Assembly (NCBI GenBank): GCA_031323845.1
Contig: JAVIYP010000005.1
Coordinates: forward strand, 9,153-73,152
Length of the DNA stretch: 64,000 nucleotides
Reading direction: 5' to 3'
From: Bacteroidales bacterium
GTDB lineage: Bacteria; Bacteroidota; Bacteroidia; Bacteroidales; UBA7960
The notes beneath the pieces were generated by a model, which did not search any database, was not told the origin of the DNA, and saw nothing but the letters and a program-made list of their open reading frames with translations. This document shows, one piece after another, positions 54,793-64,000 of this stretch. A program made the translations under genes and the position numbers. Each line of letters opens with the position of its first letter. The stretch's first letter is position 1.

Positions 54793-55836
54793 ATGAAGCG
54801 CTTTATAATCAAAGGAACATTCCAGGAATGCCGTATTGCTGCCGGAAGCGTCGCAACGGACCTGTCTGCGATTCTGCCGCCGGGCAATGCATTTATCATT
54901 ACCGACGAAAATGTCTTCCGCTTTCATAAAGAAAGGTTTGCTTCGTTCCCTGTTTTTGTGATCCGGCCAGGAGAGGAAAGCAAAACAGCGGACACCGCAT
55001 TTCGCATTTGTCGCTGGCTCATGGATGAGGGTGCCGGACGCAATGCTTTTGTTTGTGGTGTTGGCGGTGGCGTGGTGTGCGATTTGGCAGGGTTTGTGGC
55101 TTCGATATATATGCGTGGCATTGATTTCGGCTTTGTGCCGACAAGTCTCCTGGCACAGGTGGATGCAGCCATAGGAGGGAAAAACGGGGTCAACCTCAAT
55201 GCGTTCAAAAACATCATTGGGACGTTCAATCAGCCCCGTTTTGTGCATTGCGATCCGTCTTTTCTGAGCACCCTCCCGGACGAAGAACTGAGAAACGGCC
55301 TGGCAGAAGTCGTAAAACACTGCCTTATCGCTGACAAAAACATGTTTTCTAACATCAGGGATCATGCCGATGCTTTGTTGCAACGTGATGCAGCAATGCT
55401 CCGCAAAGTTATCGGGCACTCCATAGGGGTAAAAGTCACTATTGTGAACCGGGATGAATTTGAGCGTGGTGAGCGGCGCTTGCTGAACCTTGGCCACACC
55501 TGGGGACATGCCGTTGAAAAAACCGAAGGCATACCACATGGCCAGGCGGTGAGCATCGGGTTGTGTTTTGCAGCACGGTTCTCAGAACACAGAGGGTTGC
55601 TTTCACATGCAGAGTTTAACGACATTGAAAATTTGCTGAAGTCGCTGGGCCTGCCTGTAAGAGCCGCTGCAGACCCACGACACGTTCTGCAGACCATCCT
55701 GAAAGACAAAAAGAAAGAGGACGAACAACTACATTTTGTCTTTTTGCATGGTATCGGAAGGGCTGTCACAGAAAGTATCAGCATCCGGGAGCTAACAGCA
55801 TTTGTTGCCCTCTATGACTCCTCAAAAGCTCCTTAA
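54793..55836 (+). CDS. aroB: 3-dehydroquinate synthase
   Basis: 347 aa. GGGVVCDLAGFVA nucleotide-binding motif and metal-binding His region (LNLGHTWGHAVE). Confidence 0.93.
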   Translation: MKRFIIKGTFQECRIAAGSVATDLSAILPPGNAFIITDENVFRFHKERFASFPVFVIRPGEESKTADTAFRICRWLMDEGAGRNAFVCGVGGGVVCDLAGFVASIYMRGIDFGFVPTSLLAQVDAAIGGKNGVNLNAFKNIIGTFNQPRFVHCDPSFLSTLPDEELRNGLAEVVKHCLIADKNMFSNIRDHADALLQRDAAMLRKVIGHSIGVKVTIVNRDEFERGERRLLNLGHTWGHAVEKTEGIPHGQAVSIGLCFAARFSEHRGLLSHAEFNDIENLLKSLGLPVRAAADPRHVLQTILKDKKKEDEQLHFVFLHGIGRAVTESISIRELTAFVALYDSSKAP

Positions 55837-55871
55837 AATCAATATGATAGTAGCTGAAACTGTTGAATAAA

Positions 55872-56873
55872 ATGACACACTATTCGGTTTTTGGGAAGCC
55901 GGTGCTGCACAGCAAAAGCCCGCAGCTGTTCCGCACATTGTTGAAAGCCGGGGATGTTTTTACTCGCATCCGGCCTCAGACTGCTGATGATTTAATAAGC
56001 ATTGTAAAGCTTTTAGACATAAAAGGTGCGAGTGTGACTTCTCCGTTCAAGGAAAGCATACTTCCTTTGCTCGACCAGGTGTCGGCATCAGCCAGGGTTA
56101 TTGGTGCCGTCAACTGCATCCGGTTCAAAAACGGTGCAATCAGCGGGCACAATACCGACCATGTGGGCGTTACCGCTGCGCTGAGTGAAGCGGGCATAAC
56201 GCTTCCGGAGGCCAGGATCCTTGTGCTTGGTGCCGGCGGTGCTGCCAGGGCGGCCGTTTACGGACTGACCACGTCCGGCGCCGAAGTCTTTGTCAGCAAC
56301 CGTACCTACAGCAAAGCCGAAAACCTGGCCAGGACATTCGGAACCGTTCACATCCACTGGGAAAATCCCGGCATCATGCCTTATTTTGATGCCGTCGTAT
56401 CCACCCTGCTTCCCGGAGCCCTGCCTCCGTTCGCCGGCTATCTGGCTTACGGTCAGCTTCTTGACGCCGTCTATAAACGATCGAAAATGTCAGAGCACAG
56501 TCGGAACAGGGGTGTCCGCATTATCCCCGGGGAGCGCTGGCTCATACACCAGGGTGTCGCCGCGGCAGCTTTCTACATAGCACAGCCTGACGAAAAGCAT
56601 GCCCCATCATCCGCACGCAACAACGATCCAGTAGACAATACTACGCACAAAGCAGCAACGGATGACAAAACCAAAGCATGGGCTGAATTGCTCGGCAGCC
56701 GGCTTCATGAAGTGCTCAGGCCTGAAAATGTGCGTATCTTCGTGCTTAATGAAACAACGATCCCTGAACCGGATCCGGCCGGTTATGACCTTATCGTTTC
56801 AGGTTTCGGGCTTGATGAGGAAGCTGTAAAAAACATCATTGATGAAGAAATGCGTCTTGCCTTCAGCCGTTAA
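55872..56873 (+). CDS. aroE: Shikimate dehydrogenase with a ~95-aa C-terminal extension
   Basis: N-terminal YSVFGKPVLHSKSPQLF and GAGGAARAAVYGL Rossmann motif. The core ends near ..QGVAAAAFYIAQ. The extra tail (56586-56870) has no match I recognise. Confidence 0.85.
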   Translation: MTHYSVFGKPVLHSKSPQLFRTLLKAGDVFTRIRPQTADDLISIVKLLDIKGASVTSPFKESILPLLDQVSASARVIGAVNCIRFKNGAISGHNTDHVGVTAALSEAGITLPEARILVLGAGGAARAAVYGLTTSGAEVFVSNRTYSKAENLARTFGTVHIHWENPGIMPYFDAVVSTLLPGALPPFAGYLAYGQLLDAVYKRSKMSEHSRNRGVRIIPGERWLIHQGVAAAAFYIAQPDEKHAPSSARNNDPVDNTTHKAATDDKTKAWAELLGSRLHEVLRPENVRIFVLNETTIPEPDPAGYDLIVSGFGLDEEAVKNIIDEEMRLAFSR

Positions 56874-58089
56874 TGGAAGCCTCGTGGCACCACCCTCAAA
56901 GAGCGTGGCGCAACGTGCCATCGCCATAGCCTCCCTGTGCAGTGAGCCTTCATTTATATACCATGCCGGGCGGTGCGACGACGTCCTGGCGGCCATTGAG
57001 GTTGCCCGGGCTTTGGGTGCAAGCATTTCGGAATACGACCATGTGCTCGAGATCAAGGGAGGTGTCAGCGCTCCAAAACAAGTCCTGCAGTGCGGCGAAT
57101 CAGGCTTGTGCGCCCGTATGTTTGCGGGCGTTGCTGCCACGCTTAAAGAACAAGTATGTCTTACCGGCAGCAAAAGCCTGCTGAAGCGCAGCATGGCAGG
57201 GCTTCAAACTAGTTTAATCGCCCTGGGCGTGCAGTGCACAACAACCGAAGGACATTTGCCCGTTTGTGTAACAGGACCTCTGAAAGGCGGCGAAGCCAGT
57301 ATTGATGCCTCACAAAGCTCACAGGTACTGACCGGCATCCTGATCGGCGCACCATACGCTCTTTCCGATGTCCGGCTTAACGTAGTCGCGCTGAAAAGTA
57401 AGCCTTATGCCGACCTGACTGTGGACATCATGCGTTTTTTTGGTGCCGGGGTTCAGCAGGAAGGATACCGCAGGTTTGTTGTCAGTCACCGGCAGCCATA
57501 CCGGGGAAGGCACTTCAGGGTGGAAGGAGACTGGAGCAGTGCCGCCTTCATGCTGGTGGCAGGGGCCATTGCCGGCAGCGTCACCGTGCGGGGAATAAAC
57601 CCGGGGTCTTTCCAGGCAGACAAACAGATTGTGAAAGCACTCAGGGATGCAGGTGCCGTTGTAAGTATTGAAAACGAGCAGGTCCGGACAGAAAAAAAAT
57701 TGCTGAACGCTTTTTGCTTTGATGCCACCGACTGCCCTGACCTTTTTCCTCCGCTCGCAGTGCTTGCTGCAAACTGCGCTGGCACAAGCAGGATCAAGGG
57801 AACTGAGCGTCTGCGCGACAAAGAGAGCGACCGGGCTCAGGTATTGAGCCGGATGCTCAGCGACATGGGCGTCAGCACCCGCATCGAACACGATACCATG
57901 CTGATCAGCGGAGGTCCCATCAGGGGCATATTGACCAACGCACACGGCGACCACCGTATGGCTATGGCGGCTGCCATTTCCGCACTGAATGCCTGCGGGC
58001 CTGTTGAAATATCCGGCGCTGAGTGTGTAAAAAAATCTTATCCGGGTTTTTTTAACGATCTTGAGGCTGTTTCTGCACCCAAACAGTGA
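56842..58089 (+). CDS. aroA: 3-phosphoshikimate 1-carboxyvinyltransferase (EPSP synthase)
   Basis: VAPPSKSVAQRA and LRDKESDR motifs. Overlaps the aroE 3' end by 32 nt. Confidence 0.93.
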   Translation: MKKCVLPSAVNGSLVAPPSKSVAQRAIAIASLCSEPSFIYHAGRCDDVLAAIEVARALGASISEYDHVLEIKGGVSAPKQVLQCGESGLCARMFAGVAATLKEQVCLTGSKSLLKRSMAGLQTSLIALGVQCTTTEGHLPVCVTGPLKGGEASIDASQSSQVLTGILIGAPYALSDVRLNVVALKSKPYADLTVDIMRFFGAGVQQEGYRRFVVSHRQPYRGRHFRVEGDWSSAAFMLVAGAIAGSVTVRGINPGSFQADKQIVKALRDAGAVVSIENEQVRTEKKLLNAFCFDATDCPDLFPPLAVLAANCAGTSRIKGTERLRDKESDRAQVLSRMLSDMGVSTRIEHDTMLISGGPIRGILTNAHGDHRMAMAAAISALNACGPVEISGAECVKKSYPGFFNDLEAVSAPKQ

Positions 58090-58228
58090 TACCTTTGTGA
58101 ATATGTTGTTTTTAATGTTGAAGGCATCATCGATTTTATGGAAAACACCGGTAATTTAAGATGCTGGCGTTTGTGCTTTCCGGACTGTTGTGTTGCGGCT
58201 TCTCCGGTATCAATAAATATGTAGCGTT

Positions 58229-59206
58229 ATGAACTCATTTGGAACTTTATTCAGGATACAGATTTTTGGTGAGTCTCACGGTCCGGCGGTGGGCGTATGC
58301 ATCGACGGTTGTCCTCCTGGAGTATCACTGTCTGTGGCTGATTTTACACCTGACCTTAACCGCCGGAGAGCCGGTGCGCGCGGCACCACCACACGCCATG
58401 AAGACGATCTTCCGGAGATCATCAGCGGCGTATATGCCGGGAAAACCACCGGAGCCCCCCTGGTGGTGCTGTTCGCGAACAGGGAACAGCGTCCGGGCGA
58501 CTATGAGCACCTGCGCCACAGGCCTCGGCCCGGACATGCAGACTTTGTTGCCTCAGTGCGTTACAAAGGTTTCAACGACCCCAGGGGCGGAGGACATTTC
58601 AGCGGCAGGCTGACCCTGCCACTGGTGGCTGCCGGCGTGATAGCCAAAAAACTACTGAAGGACATCAGCATCTCTGCTGCATTGGTGGAAGCAGGAGGCC
58701 GGCAAGACATTACAGCCGCGGTAGAAGAAGCGCTCAACGACGGCGACAGCATCGGCGGACTGGTAGAATGCCGCGCCCAAAACATCCCGGCGGGTTGGGG
58801 CGAACCCTTCTTTGACTCCGTCGAGTCTGTCATCAGCCATCTGGCATTCGCCATTCCAGCGATAAAGGGCATTGAATTCGGATCGGGCTTCAAAGCGGCA
58901 AGCATGGAGGGCAGCCGGCACAACGATGCGATCATCAGCAAAGAAGGGAAGACTGCCACCAACCATGCGGGAGGCATCAGCGGCGGACTGACCAACGGCA
59001 ACGAGCTGCTGTTCAGGGTGGCCGTAAAGCCTGCCTCGAGCATCGCCCGCGAACAAAAGAGCATGAATATGAAGCTTGGAACAGTGGAAACCCTCGAAGT
59101 TAAAGGCCGTCACGATGCATGCATCGCACTCAGGGTGCCCGTGGTCGCTGAAGCCATTACCGCCATCGCACTGGCGGACTTTAAGTTGCTGGCCGGGAAC
59201 CGGTAA
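58229..59206 (+). CDS. aroC: Chorismate synthase
   Basis: FGESHGPAVG and KGRHDACIAL motifs. 325 aa, slightly short. Confidence 0.92.
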   Translation: MNSFGTLFRIQIFGESHGPAVGVCIDGCPPGVSLSVADFTPDLNRRRAGARGTTTRHEDDLPEIISGVYAGKTTGAPLVVLFANREQRPGDYEHLRHRPRPGHADFVASVRYKGFNDPRGGGHFSGRLTLPLVAAGVIAKKLLKDISISAALVEAGGRQDITAAVEEALNDGDSIGGLVECRAQNIPAGWGEPFFDSVESVISHLAFAIPAIKGIEFGSGFKAASMEGSRHNDAIISKEGKTATNHAGGISGGLTNGNELLFRVAVKPASSIAREQKSMNMKLGTVETLEVKGRHDACIALRVPVVAEAITAIALADFKLLAGNR

Positions 59207-59268
59207 GGGTGACTTTGTGCGTTTCCGGATTTTAGCGGAAGTATTGGCCGAACAACCGCAGCAAGCAA

Positions 59269-61299
59269 TCAAGCCTTTGATGACATCTGCGCCAGTGCCT
59301 CTTCGATGCCTTCCACGGGAAGCTTGCAATAGCCCATACTGCAAACATGAATCTGTGTTTTTACGCCTGAGTAACGCCCGTGAAGGACATCAATGCTTTT
59401 TGTAGCGGCTTCCGATGAAGCTGTGGCCAGCAAGACATCCGGAAGGTAATGCTCTGAAAGGCGGCGCGCCGTATCAACAGCTTGCGGTCCTGTAACGGCC
59501 ACGGTGTAAAAGTCCCGGAGATGATGCATGAGCAGTATGCCCCAGTTGGAGAAGCTGCTGCTGTATTTGTTGAGCCGTGATCTCAGGTCGTTGAGCATCA
59601 ATGAGCTCCGGCGCCCGAAGTCAGGATTCTCGTAGTAATTGGCTAGGTAAAACAAGACCCTGGCCATTACAGAGTTGGATGACGGCATCACATTGTCGTA
59701 AAGCTCAAAATGAGGGGCAGCCAGCTGCTCACCGTCGAGCGGCGAAAACGCAAACATATGGGTGTCAGCCACAGAGAAGTGCTCCATCACATAGCGGGCC
59801 AGTTTTAGAGCCGCGGCCAGGTACTTTTCTTCAGAAGAGACTTCATACAAGCGAATCAGGGCGTGAGAAAAAAAGGCATAATCCTCCAGGAAGCCGGGAA
59901 TGGATGCCTGCGTTCTCTGCAGGGAGCGAAACAACGCCCCGTTTTCCTTCATGGCATGCTGCAGCAGGAAATCGGCCGCCCTGCAAGCCTTGCTTAACAA
60001 CGCCTCATCACCGAAAGCAGAAAAAGCATCCGCCAGACCTTTTATCATCAAAGCGTTCCACGACACCAGCACTTTGTCGTCAAGGCCCGGACGAACACGC
60101 CGGCTGCGTGCCTCCATCAGCTTTTGCTTAGCCCGCGAAAGCACGCTTTGCCATGAAGGAAGCGACAGTCCCGATCGCCCGGCAAACACCCTGTCGTCCT
60201 GATCCCTCAGCAGGATGTTGTATCCCTTTTCCCAAAATGCCTTGCCTCCAATATGATAGTATTGCTTGATGAGTGGCGCATCCTCCCCGAGTACGGCATC
60301 AAGCTCCCGCTCCTTCCATACATAAAAACGCCCTTCTTCACCCTCGCTGTCAGCATCAAGCGCCGAGTAAAAGACGCCGTCAGGAGAACACAGTTCCCTT
60401 TCTGCGAAAGCAACAGTTTCATAAACCACCTCTTTGAACAGCGGCTCTTTTACCAGCTTGTAAGCCAGCGCATAGAGCGACACCAGCTGGCCATTATCGT
60501 AAAGCATTTTTTCAAAATGGGGTATTTTCCACCGATCGTCAACGGTGTAACGGGCAAAACCGCCGCCTGCCTGATCATAAATACCGCCCATGGCCATGTT
60601 CTTCAGTGTCAGCACAACCTGATCCAGGGCTTTTTTGTCGCCGGTTTTTTGATGATAATGCAGGAGAAACTCCTGGTTGTTGGGAAGCGGGAATTTGGGC
60701 GCCCCACGGAGACCCCCTTCTTTATTGTCCATGTACTCCATCAGGTTAGTGTACATGGTCCGTACATCGTCCATGCCAAAGGCGGGCCTGCCGTCGTCAA
60801 TCTCAATAAAACCGGATTCGGCAATGCCGCCTGTTATTTTCCCGGCCTGCTCTTCAATATCCTGGCGTTGCTTTTCATAGAGCTCCGCAATCCTGGAAAG
60901 AATGCTTTTCCATTGATCTTTAGGGAAGTAAGTGCCACCCCAGAAAGGCCTGCCGTCGGGCAGGGCAAAGCAGTTAAGCGGCCAACCCCCGCGCCCGGTA
61001 AGCATCTGAACCGCATTCATATAAAGATGGTCTACATCGGGACGCTCCTCCCTGTCAACTTTCACGCAAACAAAATGGGCGTTCATCAGACGGGCCACCT
61101 CAGCATCTTCAAAACTTTCGCGCTCCATTACATGACACCAGTGACAGGCCGAGTAGCCAACACTGACAAGCAACGGCTTGTCTTCACTGCGCGCCTTCTT
61201 CAGCGCATCCTCACCCCATGGATACCACTCGACAGGATTGTATAAGTGCTGTTTCAAATACGGACTGTTCTGTCCTAAAAGGGCATTGGGCTTTTTCAT
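59269..61299 (-). CDS. Thioredoxin-domain protein, DUF255/YyaL family (thioredoxin fold + six-hairpin glycosidase-like domain)
   Basis: 676 aa. N-terminal motif [17 protein letters not shown]. Confidence 0.9.
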   Translation of the reverse strand: MKKPNALLGQNSPYLKQHLYNPVEWYPWGEDALKKARSEDKPLLVSVGYSACHWCHVMERESFEDAEVARLMNAHFVCVKVDREERPDVDHLYMNAVQMLTGRGGWPLNCFALPDGRPFWGGTYFPKDQWKSILSRIAELYEKQRQDIEEQAGKITGGIAESGFIEIDDGRPAFGMDDVRTMYTNLMEYMDNKEGGLRGAPKFPLPNNQEFLLHYHQKTGDKKALDQVVLTLKNMAMGGIYDQAGGGFARYTVDDRWKIPHFEKMLYDNGQLVSLYALAYKLVKEPLFKEVVYETVAFAERELCSPDGVFYSALDADSEGEEGRFYVWKERELDAVLGEDAPLIKQYYHIGGKAFWEKGYNILLRDQDDRVFAGRSGLSLPSWQSVLSRAKQKLMEARSRRVRPGLDDKVLVSWNALMIKGLADAFSAFGDEALLSKACRAADFLLQHAMKENGALFRSLQRTQASIPGFLEDYAFFSHALIRLYEVSSEEKYLAAALKLARYVMEHFSVADTHMFAFSPLDGEQLAAPHFELYDNVMPSSNSVMARVLFYLANYYENPDFGRRSSLMLNDLRSRLNKYSSSFSNWGILLMHHLRDFYTVAVTGPQAVDTARRLSEHYLPDVLLATASSEAATKSIDVLHGRYSGVKTQIHVCSMGYCKLPVEGIEEALAQMSSKA

Positions 61300-61302
61300 G
61301 GG

Positions 61303-61492
61303 TTTGTGTTTGTGTGTGTTTTTGTTGAATCGTTTATTCAGTTTTTGTTGAATCGTTTAATCGTTGAATCGTTTATTTGTTGATTATTTGAGTGATGAGA
61401 CCGTGCCGAAAACTGATTTTAAATCACTGGGGTACTCTTATTCAACGCTGAGTGCCTGATCCTGATAATTAATAATAATCTGTGCATCTGTG
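61303..61492. repeat. Composite element, copy 4 (inverted relative to copy 3)
   Basis: (gttgaatc/gtttaatc) arrays at 61320-61380, then the 107-nt unit at 61378-61484. In minus-strand sense it sits directly upstream of the DUF255 ATG. Confidence 0.85.
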
Positions 61493-61643
61493 GCATTTTT
61501 AGTTTTTGTTGCGGGATTTGCCTTCCGGCCGTTCTTTTTGCTTTCGGGCTTTGGGTTTTCCGGCAGGTGAAAGAATTTCTCCACCGCTGCGCGGTGTTCG
61601 AAATGACGTGGATGTTATTCCGCAGTTGAACAGGGCACACCTG

Positions 61644-62477
61644 TCACAATCCGCAATATTCCTTGCTGATGTCCCAGAGCATATCAGCAGCCTTCATATC
61701 CCGGGCCTGTGACGACGTTCTGGCAATCCTGCGCCTGGCAAAATACTCCCCTGTAACCCCGTCAACTTCCGGTGAAGTGGCAAGATAGATGCTCGTTTGC
61801 GCCCCTTTTTCAGGAGAGATCATAAACAAAGAAAAGAGCCGCTGAAACGGGCCGGGCATGTTATCGAAAAGCCTGGTGCTGACCACCCCGGGATGCAGAC
61901 AATTGACCGTTACGTCACTGCCCTCAAGCACAGCGGCCAGTTTGCGGGTAAATAAAATGTTGGCCAGCTTGCTTTGAGCATAGGATTGCATGCTGCCCCA
62001 GCGCTTTTTTCCTTCCAGGTCGTTAAAACGCATGGAGCCATACTTGTGTGCCGTGCTGGAAACATTGACAATGCGGGCCGGGGCGCTTCTTTTGATCACA
62101 GGAAGCAAAAGCATGGTCAAAAGAAAAGGGGCCAGGTGGTTAACGGCAAAATTCATCTCTATGTGATCCGCTGACTCTTTTCGTTTTACCTCCCACAATC
62201 CTGCATTGTTCACCAGCAAATGAAGACGGTCATGTTTCTTTATAAAGTCGGCGGCAAACTGCCGGATAGAGTTCATGGAGGCCAGGTCGCAATGCATCAG
62301 TTCAACCTGTGTGTTGCCTGTTTGCTTCTGTATGTCGTTTTTTAGCACTTCGCCCTTTTCCATATTCCGGACAGGCAAAATAAGCCGGGGGCCTCTTCCT
62401 GCAATATCCAGGGCTGTTACGCGGCCAATGCCTGAAGTGGCACCGGTTATCATGACATTTTTCTCGTTCAGATCCAT
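61644..62477 (-). CDS. Short-chain dehydrogenase/reductase (retinol-dehydrogenase-like SDR)
   Basis: TGATSGIG cofactor motif and catalytic YAQSK. Confidence 0.9.
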   Translation of the reverse strand: MDLNEKNVMITGATSGIGRVTALDIAGRGPRLILPVRNMEKGEVLKNDIQKQTGNTQVELMHCDLASMNSIRQFAADFIKKHDRLHLLVNNAGLWEVKRKESADHIEMNFAVNHLAPFLLTMLLLPVIKRSAPARIVNVSSTAHKYGSMRFNDLEGKKRWGSMQSYAQSKLANILFTRKLAAVLEGSDVTVNCLHPGVVSTRLFDNMPGPFQRLFSLFMISPEKGAQTSIYLATSPEVDGVTGEYFARRRIARTSSQARDMKAADMLWDISKEYCGL

Positions 62478-62743
62478 AAGTTACTCCTTTTATTAATCAA
62501 AAAACATTTTTACAAGCTGCTTTGTTTAAAAGAGGCAGGTGATTTATCTTTAATGACGGTATCATACCATGTTTCACCATATTACCAGTTATGATGCCCG
62601 GACCAACACCTGTTTTCAGTGCTGTTGAGCCGGTATGCCCATGCGGGCCGGCCCCCGACTGCTTCAGGCAACACTCATCTGGTTTATAAAACATAAGACA
62701 AGGTTTATCAACCTGTTAAATCATAAATAAATTGAACACCAGG

Positions 62744-63898
62744 ATGGCATTTTTTATATTCTTCACCATTGTTCTGGGCATCTATGCCCTGGGAAATTAT
62801 TATGTTTTCATCCGCGGGCTGCAAGCCATTCCGCCGGAAAGCATGCTGCGCAAACATTACATCGTATGGTTCTGGGTTCTTGCAGGCACCTATATCGCCG
62901 GAAGAGTCCTTGAAAATATACATCTCAGTTACCTGAGCGATGTGTTGGTCTGGACAGGCTCTTTCTGGCTGGGAGCGCTCCTCTACTTTTTTCTGCTTGT
63001 GCTCTTGTTTGACCTTATCCGGTTGAGCAACGCCCTCTTGCCCTGGCTTCCTGGGTTTGTTACCGGCAACATGGCTAAAGTCAGGTTCTATGCTTTCGCA
63101 GGATCCGTTGCCGTTGTCTTCCTGTTGATGGTGGCAGGTTTCATCAATGCACGTTCTCCTGTGGTGAGGCATCTCGAGCTTCACATCAACAAGCCTGCCG
63201 GACCACTGAGTGAAGTAAACGCAGTGCTCATCTCCGATATCCACCTTGGCACCATTATTGGCAACGGATATTTCAGCCGGCTTGTGGATAAGGCCATGGC
63301 ACTGGAACCGGATATCATTCTGCTGGCAGGCGACATTCTGGACGAAGACCTGGCGCCTGTGATCAGGCAAGACATCGGAAAAACACTGCATCAGTTGCGT
63401 GCACCGCTTGGCGTTTTTGCCGTGATGGGCAATCACGAACACATTGGCGGCCACAATGCAGCACAAGAGTACCTTGAGCGTCATGGGTTGCAGATACTCC
63501 GCGATACGGCTGTTATGGTTAACGAAAGCTTCTGGCTCGCCGGACGCGACGATCGCGACAAGCAGCGCTTTACGGGCAGGAGCCGGAAACCACTGGAAGA
63601 AGTATTGCACGAGGTTGACTTCAGCTATCCGGTGTTGTTGATGGATCACCAACCTTTTTATCTTGAAAAAGCAGCAGCCCTGGGTGTTGACCTGCAGGTT
63701 TCGGGGCATACCCACCACGGGCAGATGTGGCCGCTGAACTACATCACACGGGCAATGTACACCATAAGTCACGGCTATGGAAATATCAACGGCATGCATG
63801 CTTACATTTCAAACGGGACAGGCACCTGGGGTCCGCCGGTCAGGATAGGAAACCGGCCTGAAATTGTACACCTGAGGCTGAAGTTTAAACAACCCTGA
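62744..63898 (+). CDS. Membrane-anchored metallophosphoesterase (YkuE-like)
   Basis: Four N-terminal TM segments, then calcineurin-like motifs SDIHLG, GDILDED, GNHEH, GHTHHGQ. First ATG chosen. Confidence 0.88.
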   Translation: MAFFIFFTIVLGIYALGNYYVFIRGLQAIPPESMLRKHYIVWFWVLAGTYIAGRVLENIHLSYLSDVLVWTGSFWLGALLYFFLLVLLFDLIRLSNALLPWLPGFVTGNMAKVRFYAFAGSVAVVFLLMVAGFINARSPVVRHLELHINKPAGPLSEVNAVLISDIHLGTIIGNGYFSRLVDKAMALEPDIILLAGDILDEDLAPVIRQDIGKTLHQLRAPLGVFAVMGNHEHIGGHNAAQEYLERHGLQILRDTAVMVNESFWLAGRDDRDKQRFTGRSRKPLEEVLHEVDFSYPVLLMDHQPFYLEKAAALGVDLQVSGHTHHGQMWPLNYITRAMYTISHGYGNINGMHAYISNGTGTWGPPVRIGNRPEIVHLRLKFKQP

Positions 63899-64000
63899 AC
63901 CGAGAGGCTGCTTGAAGCATTGGCTTCAGGAATGAGTGCATCCTCGCGTACTGCGTTGCAAAAACGAAGATTTTGATTGAGGTTGTTACATGACACTCAG

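Noticed and set aside
60253-61245. 330-aa ORF antisense to the DUF255 thioredoxin-domain gene
   Set aside because: The minus-strand frame has the CHWCH thioredoxin-like motif and a coherent domain order. The antisense product is compositionally odd and motif-free.
61388-61412. Hammerhead-ribozyme-like words (gtgatgag ... cgaaa) inside the conserved 107-nt unit
   Set aside because: The sequence between the two core-like words (accgtgc) cannot form stem II. The first word is GUGAUGAG rather than CUGAUGA, and no stem I/III partners are evident.
62708-63799. 363-aa ORF antisense to the metallophosphoesterase gene, nearly full gene length
   Set aside because: The plus-strand frame carries all calcineurin-like phosphoesterase motifs (DIHLG, GDILD, GNHE, GHTH) and TM helices. 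The antisense frame has none.

Overview
The window is a dense, almost entirely housekeeping chromosomal segment. It looks like a Bacteroidota-type genome: TAnnTTTG-type -7 promoter boxes, almost no Shine-Dalgarno sequences, sigma-54, archaeal-type ProRS, a PorT-like outer-membrane barrel, and a DUF4270-like lipoprotein next to a short glycogen synthase and panC. About 50 protein genes sit on both strands: sufD-sufS-sufE plus a separate DUF59/SufT gene, gcvH, a TonB-like gene, recG, rpoN, asnS, fba, proS, a nif3/zinc-ribbon pair, lpxK, ssb, mutY, HU, rng, recX, prfB with its programmed +1 frameshift, class II RNR, an AbgT transporter, an EF-G paralog, pfkB kinase, glmS, panC/panD, an S41 protease, aroB-aroE-aroA-aroC, a DUF255 thioredoxin-domain protein, an SDR and a metallophosphoesterase. 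I recognised no rRNA, tRNA, CRISPR array, transposase, integrase, phage genes or defence cassette, so I do not claim a new multi-gene system. The unexplained structure is mostly non-coding. (1) A family of mosaic intergenic elements is built from concatenated arrays of ~8-bp tandem repeats. It occurs as two inverted pairs (16.9/25.4 kb and 54.5/61.4 kb) plus a fragment at 4.07 kb. (2) A ~107-nt near-identical unit lies in the same orientation upstream of both the aro operon and the convergent DUF255 gene. (3) A ~135-bp hairpin-bearing element is present twice, and one copy is split by a 200-bp insertion flanked by an ATGAA duplication. (4) An ATGAA-N5/6-TTCAT palindrome recurs in intergenic DNA. 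Protein-level points worth a second look are an EF-G paralog lacking the catalytic His, an unannotated 29-aa bS22-like basic peptide with a rare SD, an aromatic-rich lipoprotein with a disordered repeat tail, and an uncharacterised lipoprotein / outer-membrane barrel / beta-propeller operon. All calls come from reading the sequence and the ORF track; no database searches were run.
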